A stretch of DNA of 64,000 nucleotides from a virus: the IMG/VR virus record IMGVR_UViG_3300030107_002332. One strand, 5' to 3'. The notes under the pieces are model-generated. The model made no database searches, was not told the origin of the DNA, and saw only the letters and a program-made list of their open reading frames with translations. Of the stretch, positions 40,943 through 49,327 are shown one piece after another; the stretch's first letter is position 1; each line of letters begins with the position of its first letter. Position numbers and translations under genes: made by a program.

Positions 40943-40949
40943 TATTTAG
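40943..40949 (-). promoter_or_regulatory. possible late promoter variant (CTAAATA)
   Basis: plus strand tatttag in the 29-nt gap between ho1 and the SET gene. Confidence 0.35.
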
Positions 40950-41528
40950 TTACGAATATGACTGCTCATACGCTTTTTGCTTTTTTAGTGCCTCTTGATG
41001 CACTCCCCACATTTCTTTAAAGAGTAATGTAGCAAATTCATAAGCAGTTTCCACTTCACGTTGCATATCATCCTTTAATCTTCCACGGATCTTTGTTATC
41101 AATTCACCAGGATTATTAAATTCAAACATTTTACCAGATCCAGGTACTCTTGCCTTTAACTGCTGACCACCCATAAGGTCTCCCATATGCCTTGTATAGC
41201 AGTGTGCCCAGACTCGTTCTGGTTCATGCCTTAATCCATCTAAGTACGCTCTATAAGCGTATACAGAGTCCAATACGGCAGGAGGTTCTGATTCCTTCCA
41301 TAACTCATCAAAATCCTCTTGTATCTGTGGTGCTCTTAAGAGATCTTCAAAACCTTTTAAAACACCTCCTTGTACTCCAATTTCCTCTAATGTCTGATAT
41401 ATGAGGTAAAGTTGGTACAAATAAGTTGCGTATGTCTCATGAGGACAACGACCACTGAATAAAATGCCAACAAAGGGTTGACTCTCTGCTTGTTTATGAT
41501 GTTGTTGTGTTAATTCTTTTAAACTCAT
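40950..41528 (-). CDS. ho1: heme oxygenase (biliverdin-forming)
   Basis: proximal His motif LKELTQQHHKQAE and distal helix AHCYTRHMGDLMGGQ. Confidence 0.9.
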   Translation of the reverse strand: MSLKELTQQHHKQAESQPFVGILFSGRCPHETYATYLYQLYLIYQTLEEIGVQGGVLKGFEDLLRAPQIQEDFDELWKESEPPAVLDSVYAYRAYLDGLRHEPERVWAHCYTRHMGDLMGGQQLKARVPGSGKMFEFNNPGELITKIRGRLKDDMQREVETAYEFATLLFKEMWGVHQEALKKQKAYEQSYS

Positions 41529-41668
41529 TATCCTTGTCCTCTTGTGCGTTTTTTCGCATGATTGCGACTAGTAGCGGAATATTTAGTGTGTTTTCCATTC
41601 CCTTGACGGGTTTTCTTAGGTTTTGCCTCCACAAAAGTGTCGGGATTCCAATTTATTGATTTTGCCAT
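41528..41668 (-). CDS. small basic hypothetical protein, 46 aa (not in ORF track)
   Basis: own translation MAKSINWNPDTFVEAKPKKTRQGNGKHTKYSATSRNHAKKRTRGQG; fills the gap, TAATG overlap with ho1. Confidence 0.75.
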   Translation of the reverse strand: MAKSINWNPDTFVEAKPKKTRQGNGKHTKYSATSRNHAKKRTRGQG

Positions 41669-41676
41669 AATTTAGG

Positions 41677-42225
41677 TTATTTTCCTACGTATACATTTGG
41701 ACTAGCTGTTGCGACTAACGATGTGCATGGAAATGCAACCGTTGTATCACCTAAAGGATCACTCATTCTACCTAAACGTAATGTTTGAACAAACACTGTT
41801 GCGGTAGTGGCGAATAGTTTACGAGCATGACCTACTGCTGCTTCTCTACCACCTGCAGTACCTACAGTACAATGCCATGCTGGTGTACTTACAGTACAAA
41901 AGCATTTAAAACCTACGGAAGTAGTTGTATGTTGTACTGGAGTAGGATGGGGAATAAGCAAATCTTGGTCACAGATAGGCATTTTACCATTAATTATCAC
42001 AGTACGCAAGTACGGACCAGCAGGTGTTTGAGAATGAGGTGGCCATATAGTAGTTGCATTCATTGCTGCAACTGGTTTTGGCACCACTTGAGGTGCTAAA
42101 GATGGGTGTGGACAAGGACTAAGTGTACCACCACCTAAACCTGGATGGTGTGATGATCCGCATCCTACTCCATGTCCACTATCAACTCCCATATAGAGAG
42201 CTGCTCCTAAAGGTGATCCTGCCAT
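41677..42225 (-). CDS. extended PAAR-like spike-tip protein (gp5.4-like)
   Basis: DSGHG...C, VIINGKMPICDQDLLIPH, TVFVQTLRLGRMSDPLG...C...ASPNVYVG pattern. Confidence 0.7.
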   Translation of the reverse strand: MAGSPLGAALYMGVDSGHGVGCGSSHHPGLGGGTLSPCPHPSLAPQVVPKPVAAMNATTIWPPHSQTPAGPYLRTVIINGKMPICDQDLLIPHPTPVQHTTTSVGFKCFCTVSTPAWHCTVGTAGGREAAVGHARKLFATTATVFVQTLRLGRMSDPLGDTTVAFPCTSLVATASPNVYVGK

Positions 42226-42227
42226 AA

Positions 42228-44633
42228 TTACTGACTATAAGGGTTACCGTATGCTGCTGTAGCATCTGCGACTTGTCGTGCAGATGCACTCAAGTCATTA
42301 TACATGGGAAATGTGCCTGAACAAGACCATGCTTTACAACCAGATCCCATAAGACTTGACATAGTATATGTAGTATTGTATGTCACACCAGTATCAGGAT
42401 CCGTAGTTGAACCTCCAGTTCCAGGAGCAGGGGCAGTACAACTAAAGTGAGTACATCCCGCAGTTACGGGAGTAGATGCTAATGTTACGTTAATTGTTGT
42501 TTTTCTTGTTGGATCTGGTCTATATTGACGGAGCATGTACTTTGTATACTCTGAAGCATGCGGAAGTTGACTTGTTGCACCTTGAACAGTCTCTACATAC
42601 ATCTCTTTACGCACATCATACTCAATCGCATTCTCTTGTGAGATATCATCTACGTCTTTTACACGCTGAGCTATATCTTCTTGCCTTGCAATTTCCCATT
42701 CATCCTTATATTTTCTATCAATATCAATGTCATTAAGGTACTGTAAGTCATATTGGACTTTAGTTTCCTCTTTATATTTGTCTGTAGCCGCTTTTGTGTA
42801 CTTTTGTTGCGGTAATTTACTAACTCTATTACGATTAGGGTCTTCTTTTACCCTAAATGTCTCATCTGGTATCGTATAATCTTGTCTTTCGGGTGTTAAA
42901 TCAATAGTATTTGATATATCTGTTCTATTTTCACCAGAAACACCAAAATCTGTGCCATATTCATCAATGGCATCCATTACTAATGTAGAATCTTCTTTAT
43001 GTACTGTATTTCCAGCCTCATTAAAGATTGTAATAGATTCTCTCTTCTCATCATTGATGACTGCGAACTGTGGAAGGTTCTCTGTACTGTATCCAGACCC
43101 TCCATCTTCCACTTTTATTGCCGTAAGTACACCATTTGTAAATTCTGCCTTAACTTTTGCTTGTCTTCCTGAGTCAATCAATGGTGGTGTAACAATTAAT
43201 TCTGGCTCTCTTCCTTGTATATTTTGAGCAAGCCACCCAGATCCTCCATCTACGATAGAAACGCCAGAAAGTACTCCATTTGTTAAATTTGGGGTGATTT
43301 TTGGTTGTTTTAGGGTCGAAAATATGTTTGGAGCGTTTTTATCTACGTCTGCGGTGCAATATTGGATACTTTTGTTCAAAAATTCGTATTTTCCGACTAA
43401 AATTGCCCTTTCTGCTATACCTTTACCCGCTTTTGCGGTAATTACGTGATTTCTTGAGCTAGTATACTGTGTATCCTTCGCAAAATCGCTACCATTTCCA
43501 TCTAAGTAAATTATATGATATGGGAAGTTATCTAAGTCAGTAGTGAACACTCTATTGATAGTATGACCGTTAATTGTGTCTCCTGCTCTTAAAACGTCAA
43601 AACCTGTCTGTCCTTCAGTTGCCTGATACGGACCAACACCAGTAATCTTCAATGTTACCTGTAAAGTAGTAGTCGTATTGTCATAATGAGTTACTAAGTA
43701 CTGTAAATTGAACGTATCATTGACAGCATAACCAGTTCCAGGATTCAAAACCTCTGTTGGTTCCCATTTTGTGCCTGTAAAGACAGTAGAACTACCAGAA
43801 TCGTCAAAAATAGGGTAAATATTGAATTTTATACGTAATCCAGTCTTATTATTACCTGTATCGTTGATTTCAAAGACCTGAAAGTCGTTAAATGACTCGT
43901 CTCCACTAACCCAAGGGTTTTGGGTCGATGAATAGATTATACCAGAGACTTCATCTTGATTCCAAGCGTCAGTATAAGTGGTTCCGTCGGCAGAGAGGCT
44001 GAAATCAGTGAGTCCATTAGGTATCGTGGTGGATAAAGAGTCGTATGAGAACGCTAATTTATTCTTATCACTCCCAAACCCGAATAATGTGGGGTGGGGG
44101 CAGTCTGAATCTCCAGTTAGGTCATCGTCTCCCTCTACGGTATAAGATAATGTGGTGCTCGCGGGGGTGCACGTAAATCCAGTACAAGGATGACACTCAG
44201 AAGATGATGTCATACTTCCATCATCACCAGTGGTTACCTCGTCTTCGATATAAAAACAAGGACTACCTATGATGCCCTGTTTGTCGCTTGTATCATATAA
44301 GTATGAAAACCATGTATCAGAGAACCCATAATCAAAGGATAACTCACCAGGATACCAATCATATGCTAATATACATTCACCATCCTCAGGATCTGCTCTC
44401 CATAGTTTTCCACAGTTAGACGCATTCTGTATCTGAGGAGATCCGCTTGAGTTACAAATCTGAGTGGAAGGGTACATTACTACGCTACCTTCCCTTCCAG
44501 GTATGTTGTAACTACCATTAGTTCGGATTACATTCAGAGGATACTCAGTAAATTCTATACTTACACCAGCACCTGTACCAGGCTGAAAGTAATAACATGA
44601 AGTAGTACCTCTATTACCAGGTTTACAACCCAT
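42228..44633 (-). CDS. hypothetical virion-associated protein, 801 aa
   Basis: long ORF; carries one pair of DGGSG[WY] beta repeats like the baseplate proteins; Cys-rich termini. Confidence 0.65.
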   Translation of the reverse strand: MGCKPGNRGTTSCYYFQPGTGAGVSIEFTEYPLNVIRTNGSYNIPGREGSVVMYPSTQICNSSGSPQIQNASNCGKLWRADPEDGECILAYDWYPGELSFDYGFSDTWFSYLYDTSDKQGIIGSPCFYIEDEVTTGDDGSMTSSSECHPCTGFTCTPASTTLSYTVEGDDDLTGDSDCPHPTLFGFGSDKNKLAFSYDSLSTTIPNGLTDFSLSADGTTYTDAWNQDEVSGIIYSSTQNPWVSGDESFNDFQVFEINDTGNNKTGLRIKFNIYPIFDDSGSSTVFTGTKWEPTEVLNPGTGYAVNDTFNLQYLVTHYDNTTTTLQVTLKITGVGPYQATEGQTGFDVLRAGDTINGHTINRVFTTDLDNFPYHIIYLDGNGSDFAKDTQYTSSRNHVITAKAGKGIAERAILVGKYEFLNKSIQYCTADVDKNAPNIFSTLKQPKITPNLTNGVLSGVSIVDGGSGWLAQNIQGREPELIVTPPLIDSGRQAKVKAEFTNGVLTAIKVEDGGSGYSTENLPQFAVINDEKRESITIFNEAGNTVHKEDSTLVMDAIDEYGTDFGVSGENRTDISNTIDLTPERQDYTIPDETFRVKEDPNRNRVSKLPQQKYTKAATDKYKEETKVQYDLQYLNDIDIDRKYKDEWEIARQEDIAQRVKDVDDISQENAIEYDVRKEMYVETVQGATSQLPHASEYTKYMLRQYRPDPTRKTTINVTLASTPVTAGCTHFSCTAPAPGTGGSTTDPDTGVTYNTTYTMSSLMGSGCKAWSCSGTFPMYNDLSASARQVADATAAYGNPYSQ

Positions 44634-44937
44634 TTATCTTTTCCTCTAAAGCAGTAAGTCTTTTACCATGATCTGTAGAAGGTGCCTTATGTGCCATTGC
44701 TTCTAATTTCTCTATCCTACGATATATTTCATCGTAGTTCTGTTTAATATTTAGATACTCCTCATACCCTTTAGGCTTGTACAAAACCTTATCTGGGGTA
44801 GGTATTGCCTCAGTGTACTTTACTAACTCTGCAAGACGCTCTGAGAGACCTTTGATGCACTCATTGATAATCTCATGTGCTTCATTATTGTCTTCCCAAG
44901 GGTTATACTCAGTAATGTTCTGATTAGGATCACTCAT
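44623..44937 (-). CDS. hypothetical helical protein
   Basis: ORF track; overlaps both neighbours. Confidence 0.7.
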   Translation of the reverse strand: MSDPNQNITEYNPWEDNNEAHEIINECIKGLSERLAELVKYTEAIPTPDKVLYKPKGYEEYLNIKQNYDEIYRRIEKLEAMAHKAPSTDHGKRLTALEEKINGL

Positions 44938-45094
44938 CTGTCTTTTTAAAGGTCAATGTATCATCATTTATTAGTTCATAATCTAATTCATCACCAACTC
45001 TCCAACCTAATTCTTCTATTAAGGTATCTGGTATAGTAATGACTGTTTCTCCGAATTCATTTTCCTCAAGAGAAACGGTAAATCTGTGTGACAT
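44930..45094 (-). CDS. small AbrB/SpoVT-like protein, 54 aa (not in ORF track)
   Basis: own translation MSHRFTVSLEENEFGETVITIPDTLIEELGWRVGDELDYELINDDTLTFKKTDE; ITIP..+.E.LG+..GD pattern. Confidence 0.65.
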   Translation of the reverse strand: MSHRFTVSLEENEFGETVITIPDTLIEELGWRVGDELDYELINDDTLTFKKTDE

Positions 45095-45097
45095 ATC

Positions 45098-45313
45098 TCA
45101 TAGGCGATTAACTTGACTGTTTCGCTTGGGATGCGTGTTACACCAGTTCTCCCATGCTTTTACAACGTCTTTAACATCATTTATAATACCAGCACTTACA
45201 CAATAGTCAGCACACTCGTACATACGAGGATCTAAGTACCCTTCGCTCCTGAGCAATTGCTCTAAGATCCATGTGCGATTGTCTTGTCTGTCTTGGCGAA
45301 ACTCTGGTGGCAT
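45098..45313 (-). CDS. hypothetical protein
   Basis: ORF track; first gene of the late block. Confidence 0.7.
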   Translation of the reverse strand: MPPEFRQDRQDNRTWILEQLLRSEGYLDPRMYECADYCVSAGIINDVKDVVKAWENWCNTHPKRNSQVNRL

Positions 45314-45515
45314 TTTTTACCTCGGAAAAATTTTTAAAATAATTTATATATCAATAGCGTTTGGGAACCTTTGTAGGTTAGGGTCTCTATCTTTTTTAAT
45401 ATAAGGGGCGGGATAGGGCCGGATCAACGGGCGAGATCCCTTGGTATAACTGTCATCTCGACTGTTTTCTTTATACTTAGTGAGTTAATTAACTGTCTTG
45501 TGTGTTACATAGGCA

Positions 45516-45545
45516 ATAAAAAAGGGAGTGCTTGTTAACACTCCC
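45516..45545 (-). terminator. Rho-independent terminator closing the small-ORF block
   Basis: gggagtg/cactccc stem (45524-45530 / 45539-45545) followed on the minus strand by TTTTTTATT. Confidence 0.75.
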
Positions 45546-45554
45546 ATTCTAACA

Positions 45555-45785
45555 TTATGCTGCTAAATTGTCAAGAACTGTCTGGGAGACTTCAGAGACA
45601 TTGTTAACACCTTGCAACCACTTATTAATGTGCCTAGATGTTGTTTTGCTCCAAAATCTTTCAGTTCTAACATAACCTTTGCTTGGCAAATATGCTGCAA
45701 CTGGTGTTCTATAACTGAAGAAGATTTGTGTTCCGTCGTTGATAGAAACCTCTGTCTGATTTGCTGCAATGGGTGTTAGTTTCAT
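45555..45785 (-). CDS. hypothetical early protein
   Basis: ORF with FFSYRTPVAA...SKTTSRHINKWL motif, lying between an upstream element and a terminator. Confidence 0.8.
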   Translation of the reverse strand: MKLTPIAANQTEVSINDGTQIFFSYRTPVAAYLPSKGYVRTERFWSKTTSRHINKWLQGVNNVSEVSQTVLDNLAA

Positions 45786-45817
45786 AAGGATTAATCCCCT
45801 GATTGATTTATATTAAT

Positions 45818-45877
45818 ATAATACATGATTTCCATGTACTTATCAACAACCCTTGTGCCACTTTGTTGACTGTCACA
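45818..45877 (-). promoter_or_regulatory. early-type element copy 1
   Basis: TGTGCCACT-ttgttg-ACTGTCACA (45854-45877), 30 bp from TATTAT -10 box (45818-45823). Confidence 0.75.
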
Positions 45878-45911
45878 CCTTATGTGTTACTTAGTGGCAT
45901 TACAGTTTGTG

Positions 45912-46112
45912 TTACTTACCCTGTGCATTTGTGTCCTTAATTGTTAGATACCATCCAATCGATTTGATATAATCAAAGCAAGAATGTTTAGGCAATTGTT
46001 TATACCTATCTCCCCTACGGTTTCTAACACCGTCCATGTACAATTCTAAGTCAGTAACTGAATAGAATGTCCCATGTAATTTGCCGTCTTCGTCTTCAAT
46101 TAGATACTGCAT
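45912..46112 (-). CDS. hypothetical protein
   Basis: ORF track; directly downstream of a sigma70-like promoter. Confidence 0.7.
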   Translation of the reverse strand: MQYLIEDEDGKLHGTFYSVTDLELYMDGVRNRRGDRYKQLPKHSCFDYIKSIGWYLTIKDTNAQGK

Positions 46113-46146
46113 CTTTCTTAGGGTTTGTGTTAACCTCTACAGGGTT

Positions 46147-46176
46147 ATTATACCATAATTTGTTATAATCTGTCAA
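46147..46176 (-). promoter_or_regulatory. host-type sigma70 promoter TTGACA-N18-TATAAT with extended -10
   Basis: plus strand tgtcaa 46171-46176 and attata 46147-46152; TG at the extended -10 position. Confidence 0.75.
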
Positions 46177-46289
46177 GAATGTGTGAGTTCTTCGATATTA
46201 CTTGACAGTCGGTAATCTGCATGCTAAGACTACATTTTCCACAGAGATTTCCACAGGTATTGTTAACACATATAGGTTTAAATTAACAT

Positions 46290-46475
46290 TTAATTGTTTT
46301 CAACATTTTCTGCGGAGTTTTCCCCAAGGGTGTTAATAACTCTCCAATATTTGTGTTTTCTAATATACTCCCATTGCATAATGATTAACTCCTTAAGTGT
46401 TATAAACACATAGTTAATCTGTTCTCCGTAGGTAACACTTTGTTTGTTGTTATTTGTCTCTGTCATGGTAAACAA
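46290..46475 (-). CDS. hypothetical protein
   Basis: ORF track. Confidence 0.5.
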   Translation of the reverse strand: MFTMTETNNNKQSVTYGEQINYVFITLKELIIMQWEYIRKHKYWRVINTLGENSAENVENN

Positions 46476-46650
46476 TGTCCTTCCAATATGTTCTGTAAAT
46501 TAATAAATTAGTCTCCTTATATCCATGCATACTGTTACTATCTGGTCTACGATTTAAACTCATAGTTATATACTTATCACCTATAAAGTTAACATGTCCA
46601 GTATCATTTTGATAGGTAATCTTCTCTCCTTTAATAAACTTTTCATTCAT
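46450..46650 (-). CDS. hypothetical protein (possible SH3-like beta fold)
   Basis: ORF track; F.KGE.I.Y....G.VNF pattern. Confidence 0.65.
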   Translation of the reverse strand: MNEKFIKGEKITYQNDTGHVNFIGDKYITMSLNRRPDSNSMHGYKETNLLIYRTYWKDIVYHDRDK

Positions 46651-46675
46651 GTAATTAGGGGGGAGTTAATAACAT

Positions 46676-46825
46676 TTATATCTCAATAGTTGGAGTTGAT
46701 TTGTGATACCTAAATGAATAACATGGTAGGTATTCTTCACAATCAAGGTCGTATAATTGTACGTCCTTTGTTAACTCTTCCTCTGGCAAGTTTTGTAACT
46801 CTGATAGTAAATCAAGGTAGGTCAT
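46676..46825 (-). CDS. hypothetical protein; start re-called at MTYLDLL
   Basis: aligns from the start with paralogue 50356-50583. Confidence 0.65.
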   Translation of the reverse strand: MTYLDLLSELQNLPEEELTKDVQLYDLDCEEYLPCYSFRYHKSTPTIEI

Positions 46826-46910
46826 TTTGGTTCGGTTGTTGTTAATTTCGGATGATAAACTGTCCCATGCATGTGTATACAAACTAATGGGAATTAACAG
46901 GGGGTGCATG

Positions 46911-47063
46911 TTAAGAACTGTCTGTAATTTGATTTAGATAATCATTTAGTTTGAGATATGTGACCTTAAAAGTATCACTATCTGTGAGTTCACGTTGTTG
47001 TAACAAATAGATTAAATCTTCTGTTTGAGTAACATTTAAGTCAAGATGTGGACGTAGTTTCAT
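46911..47063 (-). CDS. hypothetical protein, 50 aa (not in ORF track)
   Basis: own translation MKLRPHLDLNVTQTEDLIYLLQQRE...; fills the gap between neighbours. Confidence 0.6.
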   Translation of the reverse strand: MKLRPHLDLNVTQTEDLIYLLQQRELTDSDTFKVTYLKLNDYLNQITDSS

Positions 47064-47065
47064 TG

Positions 47066-47260
47066 TTAGTCTTGCCAGTAAGTTTGCTCTACTAAAATGT
47101 TAGTTTCTAACTCAAATACCTCAGGTGAGATACCTTCTTCCCTTGCTAATGCTTCCAGGAAAATGTTAGTAACTGACTCTAATTCATCTTCAGTTAGATA
47201 ATCATAGATGTCAATCTTTCTATGATTCTGTTCAAATTCGTAGTCTGCTTTTAGTGACAT
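47066..47260 (-). CDS. acidic hypothetical protein
   Basis: ORF track. Confidence 0.7.
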   Translation of the reverse strand: MSLKADYEFEQNHRKIDIYDYLTEDELESVTNIFLEALAREEGISPEVFELETNILVEQTYWQD

Positions 47261-47418
47261 AGTGCCTCGAATCGTTTGTAAGTTTCTTTCTCTATTGATT
47301 CAGAATTCAATTCTGATTCTGATACATAGATGCCGTAATCTGCTAAGTTCTTGATACTTTCTGCTACGATTTCATCATAAATGTTTTCAAGAATCTCTTC
47401 GTTATGTATACATGACAT
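47251..47418 (-). CDS. hypothetical protein, 55 aa (not in ORF track)
   Basis: own translation MSCIHNEEILENIYDEIVAESIKNLADYGIYV...; preceded by AGGAGG. Confidence 0.7.
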   Translation of the reverse strand: MSCIHNEEILENIYDEIVAESIKNLADYGIYVSESELNSESIEKETYKRFEALCH

Positions 47419-47420
47419 AA

Positions 47421-47651
47421 TTAAATACCTCCTTTGAATGTTAATGAGTTTGAGTAATTGTTTTTATTGATTATACATGACTGGTGTATATTAAAGAGAG
47501 TTTCATAATTAACTCCCTCCCAATCTTGCCACTCTGATACATAATCAGCATTGTCAAAATCACCAGTTCCGTCTACATATTGTGGGCAACTTCTGAAGTC
47601 ATTGTTATCATCAACCCAGAATAATCGCCCGAATGATTCACTATGAAACAT
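47421..47651 (-). CDS. hypothetical protein
   Basis: ORF track. Confidence 0.7.
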   Translation of the reverse strand: MFHSESFGRLFWVDDNNDFRSCPQYVDGTGDFDNADYVSEWQDWEGVNYETLFNIHQSCIINKNNYSNSLTFKGGI

Positions 47652-47653
47652 GA

Positions 47654-47893
47654 TTAATCCTCCTGATTTGTTTTATGCCAACCGTTGACAGTTTCTATGA
47701 AATAGTCAAGACGATTAACGTTTAATTCTTCATCATCAAATTCAATCTTAGCACATCCAGTAACACCCCACTCCTCTAATTCTTCTGTGAATTCTTTCCA
47801 ATTAGAGCAGCAACATGCCATATTCTGAAAGTTATCAACCTCTAAGATTCTGTTGATAATTGTTTCTGTTTTGTCTAAAATTGCAGTGGTCAT
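47654..47893 (-). CDS. hypothetical protein; start re-called at MTTAILDK
   Basis: GGAGG upstream of 47893; the longer start overlaps the upstream ORF. Confidence 0.65.
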   Translation of the reverse strand: MTTAILDKTETIINRILEVDNFQNMACCCSNWKEFTEELEEWGVTGCAKIEFDDEELNVNRLDYFIETVNGWHKTNQED

Positions 47894-47918
47894 AGTTAGT
47901 TTCCTCCAAAGAATAGGG

Positions 47919-48074
47919 TTAATAGTTTTTAATCGTACGCCAAGGAGTATCATGGTGTTGTGATAACTCAACTGCTACGATTTCACCAGTTTTGTTGAAA
48001 TAATCGTTTGCAATTTCAACTGCTTTGTCATAACTTTTGACGAACTGATTAGGTGCGGTAAATACAATATACAT
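47919..48074 (-). CDS. hypothetical protein, 51 aa (not in ORF track)
   Basis: own translation MYIVFTAPNQFVKSYDKAVEIANDYFNKTGEIVAVE...; TAATG overlap. Confidence 0.6.
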   Translation of the reverse strand: MYIVFTAPNQFVKSYDKAVEIANDYFNKTGEIVAVELSQHHDTPWRTIKNY

Positions 48075-48328
48075 TATACACTTGCCTCCGCATTGTTTAC
48101 ATATTGTGCGGGAAGTGTACGATTCTCAGTAATAGTGTAGAGACCTGAATCGTTCTTGCTTATTATATCATTTCCAACTGCGTAATCGTTCATCAAAACT
48201 TTATACATTGTCTTACCATAGTTTGTTACAACTTTTAGGTTAAGATCGGGGATTAACTTGTTAGTTAACCAAGATTTTGTAGGGTAGTAATCAATAACCA
48301 TTGCCCCACAGTTAGATTGAATTCGCAT
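48074..48328 (-). CDS. hypothetical early protein
   Basis: ORF track; first gene after element copy 2. Confidence 0.7.
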   Translation of the reverse strand: MRIQSNCGAMVIDYYPTKSWLTNKLIPDLNLKVVTNYGKTMYKVLMNDYAVGNDIISKNDSGLYTITENRTLPAQYVNNAEASV

Positions 48329-48355
48329 GAGTGAAAATCCTTTGTTTACTCTTAT

Positions 48356-48414
48356 ATAATAACCGATTTTGAGGCACTTTCAACATTTTGTGTGCCACTA
48401 ATCTAATTGGCACA
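48356..48414 (-). promoter_or_regulatory. early-type element copy 2
   Basis: TGTGCCACT-aatcta-ATTGGCACA (48391-48414), 29 bp from TATTAT (48356-48361). Confidence 0.75.
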
Positions 48415-48573
48415 GTATATCTCCCATTCTGATTTGTTTATACTTTGTCTGCAACATTGACACGTTAATGCACTCCAACTGAAGTGAAATACTCGTGCTT
48501 CGTTGTTACATAGTGGGCATACTATTTGTTTGCCGTTAACACCTGCTCTGGTGTATCTGTTGACATTAGTCAT
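48403..48573 (-). CDS. small zinc-ribbon protein, 56 aa (not in ORF track)
   Basis: own translation MTNVNRYTRAGVNGKQIVCPLCNNEARVFHFSWSALTCQCCRQSINKSEWEIYCAN; CxxC...CxxC. Confidence 0.75.
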   Translation of the reverse strand: MTNVNRYTRAGVNGKQIVCPLCNNEARVFHFSWSALTCQCCRQSINKSEWEIYCAN

Positions 48574-48766
48574 TAATTAACCTCCCTAATCTGGTGAATG
48601 ATTTGTTTAAACAAGGGACATATAATACTCCATCATCTTTTAACATAGTGAGTGTATTCATAAACCACTCGTTGTTAACTATGTGCTGTGCTATTGTTAA
48701 ATTAGTGAAGTAAGTTTGACTCCAATTTGAAAAGAATGGTGAGTCAGAATAGGTTAACTGTTTCAT
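48566..48766 (-). CDS. hypothetical protein
   Basis: ORF track. Confidence 0.7.
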   Translation of the reverse strand: MKQLTYSDSPFFSNWSQTYFTNLTIAQHIVNNEWFMNTLTMLKDDGVLYVPCLNKSFTRLGRLIND

Positions 48767-48933
48767 AAGTTATCCTGTGCAATATCCCACAGTTCGATAT
48801 AACTTTTCAACCATAATCTCTGGTCTTCAGTTATTCTTTGTGAATACAAAATGTCATCTGCTGATTGTAACTCAAGAGAGTGCAATTTGCAGTAGTCACA
48901 TAATACTTCTGTGAGTAAATCAAGTGTGTTCAT
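48763..48933 (-). CDS. hypothetical protein, 56 aa (not in ORF track)
   Basis: own translation MNTLDLLTEVLCDYCKLHSLELQSADDILY...; overlaps both neighbours. Confidence 0.65.
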   Translation of the reverse strand: MNTLDLLTEVLCDYCKLHSLELQSADDILYSQRITEDQRLWLKSYIELWDIAQDNL

Positions 48934-49151
48934 TAATACTCCTCCTGAGCAATAAATGGGGTAATGTTATCAACTTCAACATTATATCCTACAACCTCAG
49001 CATTAACATGCTCACCTAATTCGTCATCATAATATGATAAATTAGAGTTCAAATATACCTGTATTTCTTCACATAAATGCACAGGATTTGGTGCATCATT
49101 GTCTTCACATACTATGCGAAATGTGTAGTTAATTGTTTTCATTTTGCACAC
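48933..49151 (-). CDS. acidic hypothetical protein
   Basis: ORF track; true start may be MKTINY at 49142. Confidence 0.65.
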   Translation of the reverse strand: MCKMKTINYTFRIVCEDNDAPNPVHLCEEIQVYLNSNLSYYDDELGEHVNAEVVGYNVEVDNITPFIAQEEY

Positions 49152-49327
49152 CCATCTTCGTCAAGTTCTCTAACATCATTGATGTCCCATTCTGATACAT
49201 ACTCATCAATTATCTCGAAAGAGTTAATATTAGCATGTGCTAATTCTCTTGCTTCATCCTCATTTTGTGCATCAACTTCGATTGTGAAGTAGTTAATCTC
49301 TGCACATTCTATTAGAAATGATTTCAT
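49139..49327 (-). CDS. acidic hypothetical protein
   Basis: ORF track. Confidence 0.7.
   Translation of the reverse strand: MKSFLIECAEINYFTIEVDAQNEDEARELAHANINSFEIIDEYVSEWDINDVRELDEDGCAK

Noticed and set aside
45563-45769. Track ORFs 45563-45769 and 50029-50244
   Set aside because: Same-strand overlaps of better-supported genes; the second also runs through a promoter element.
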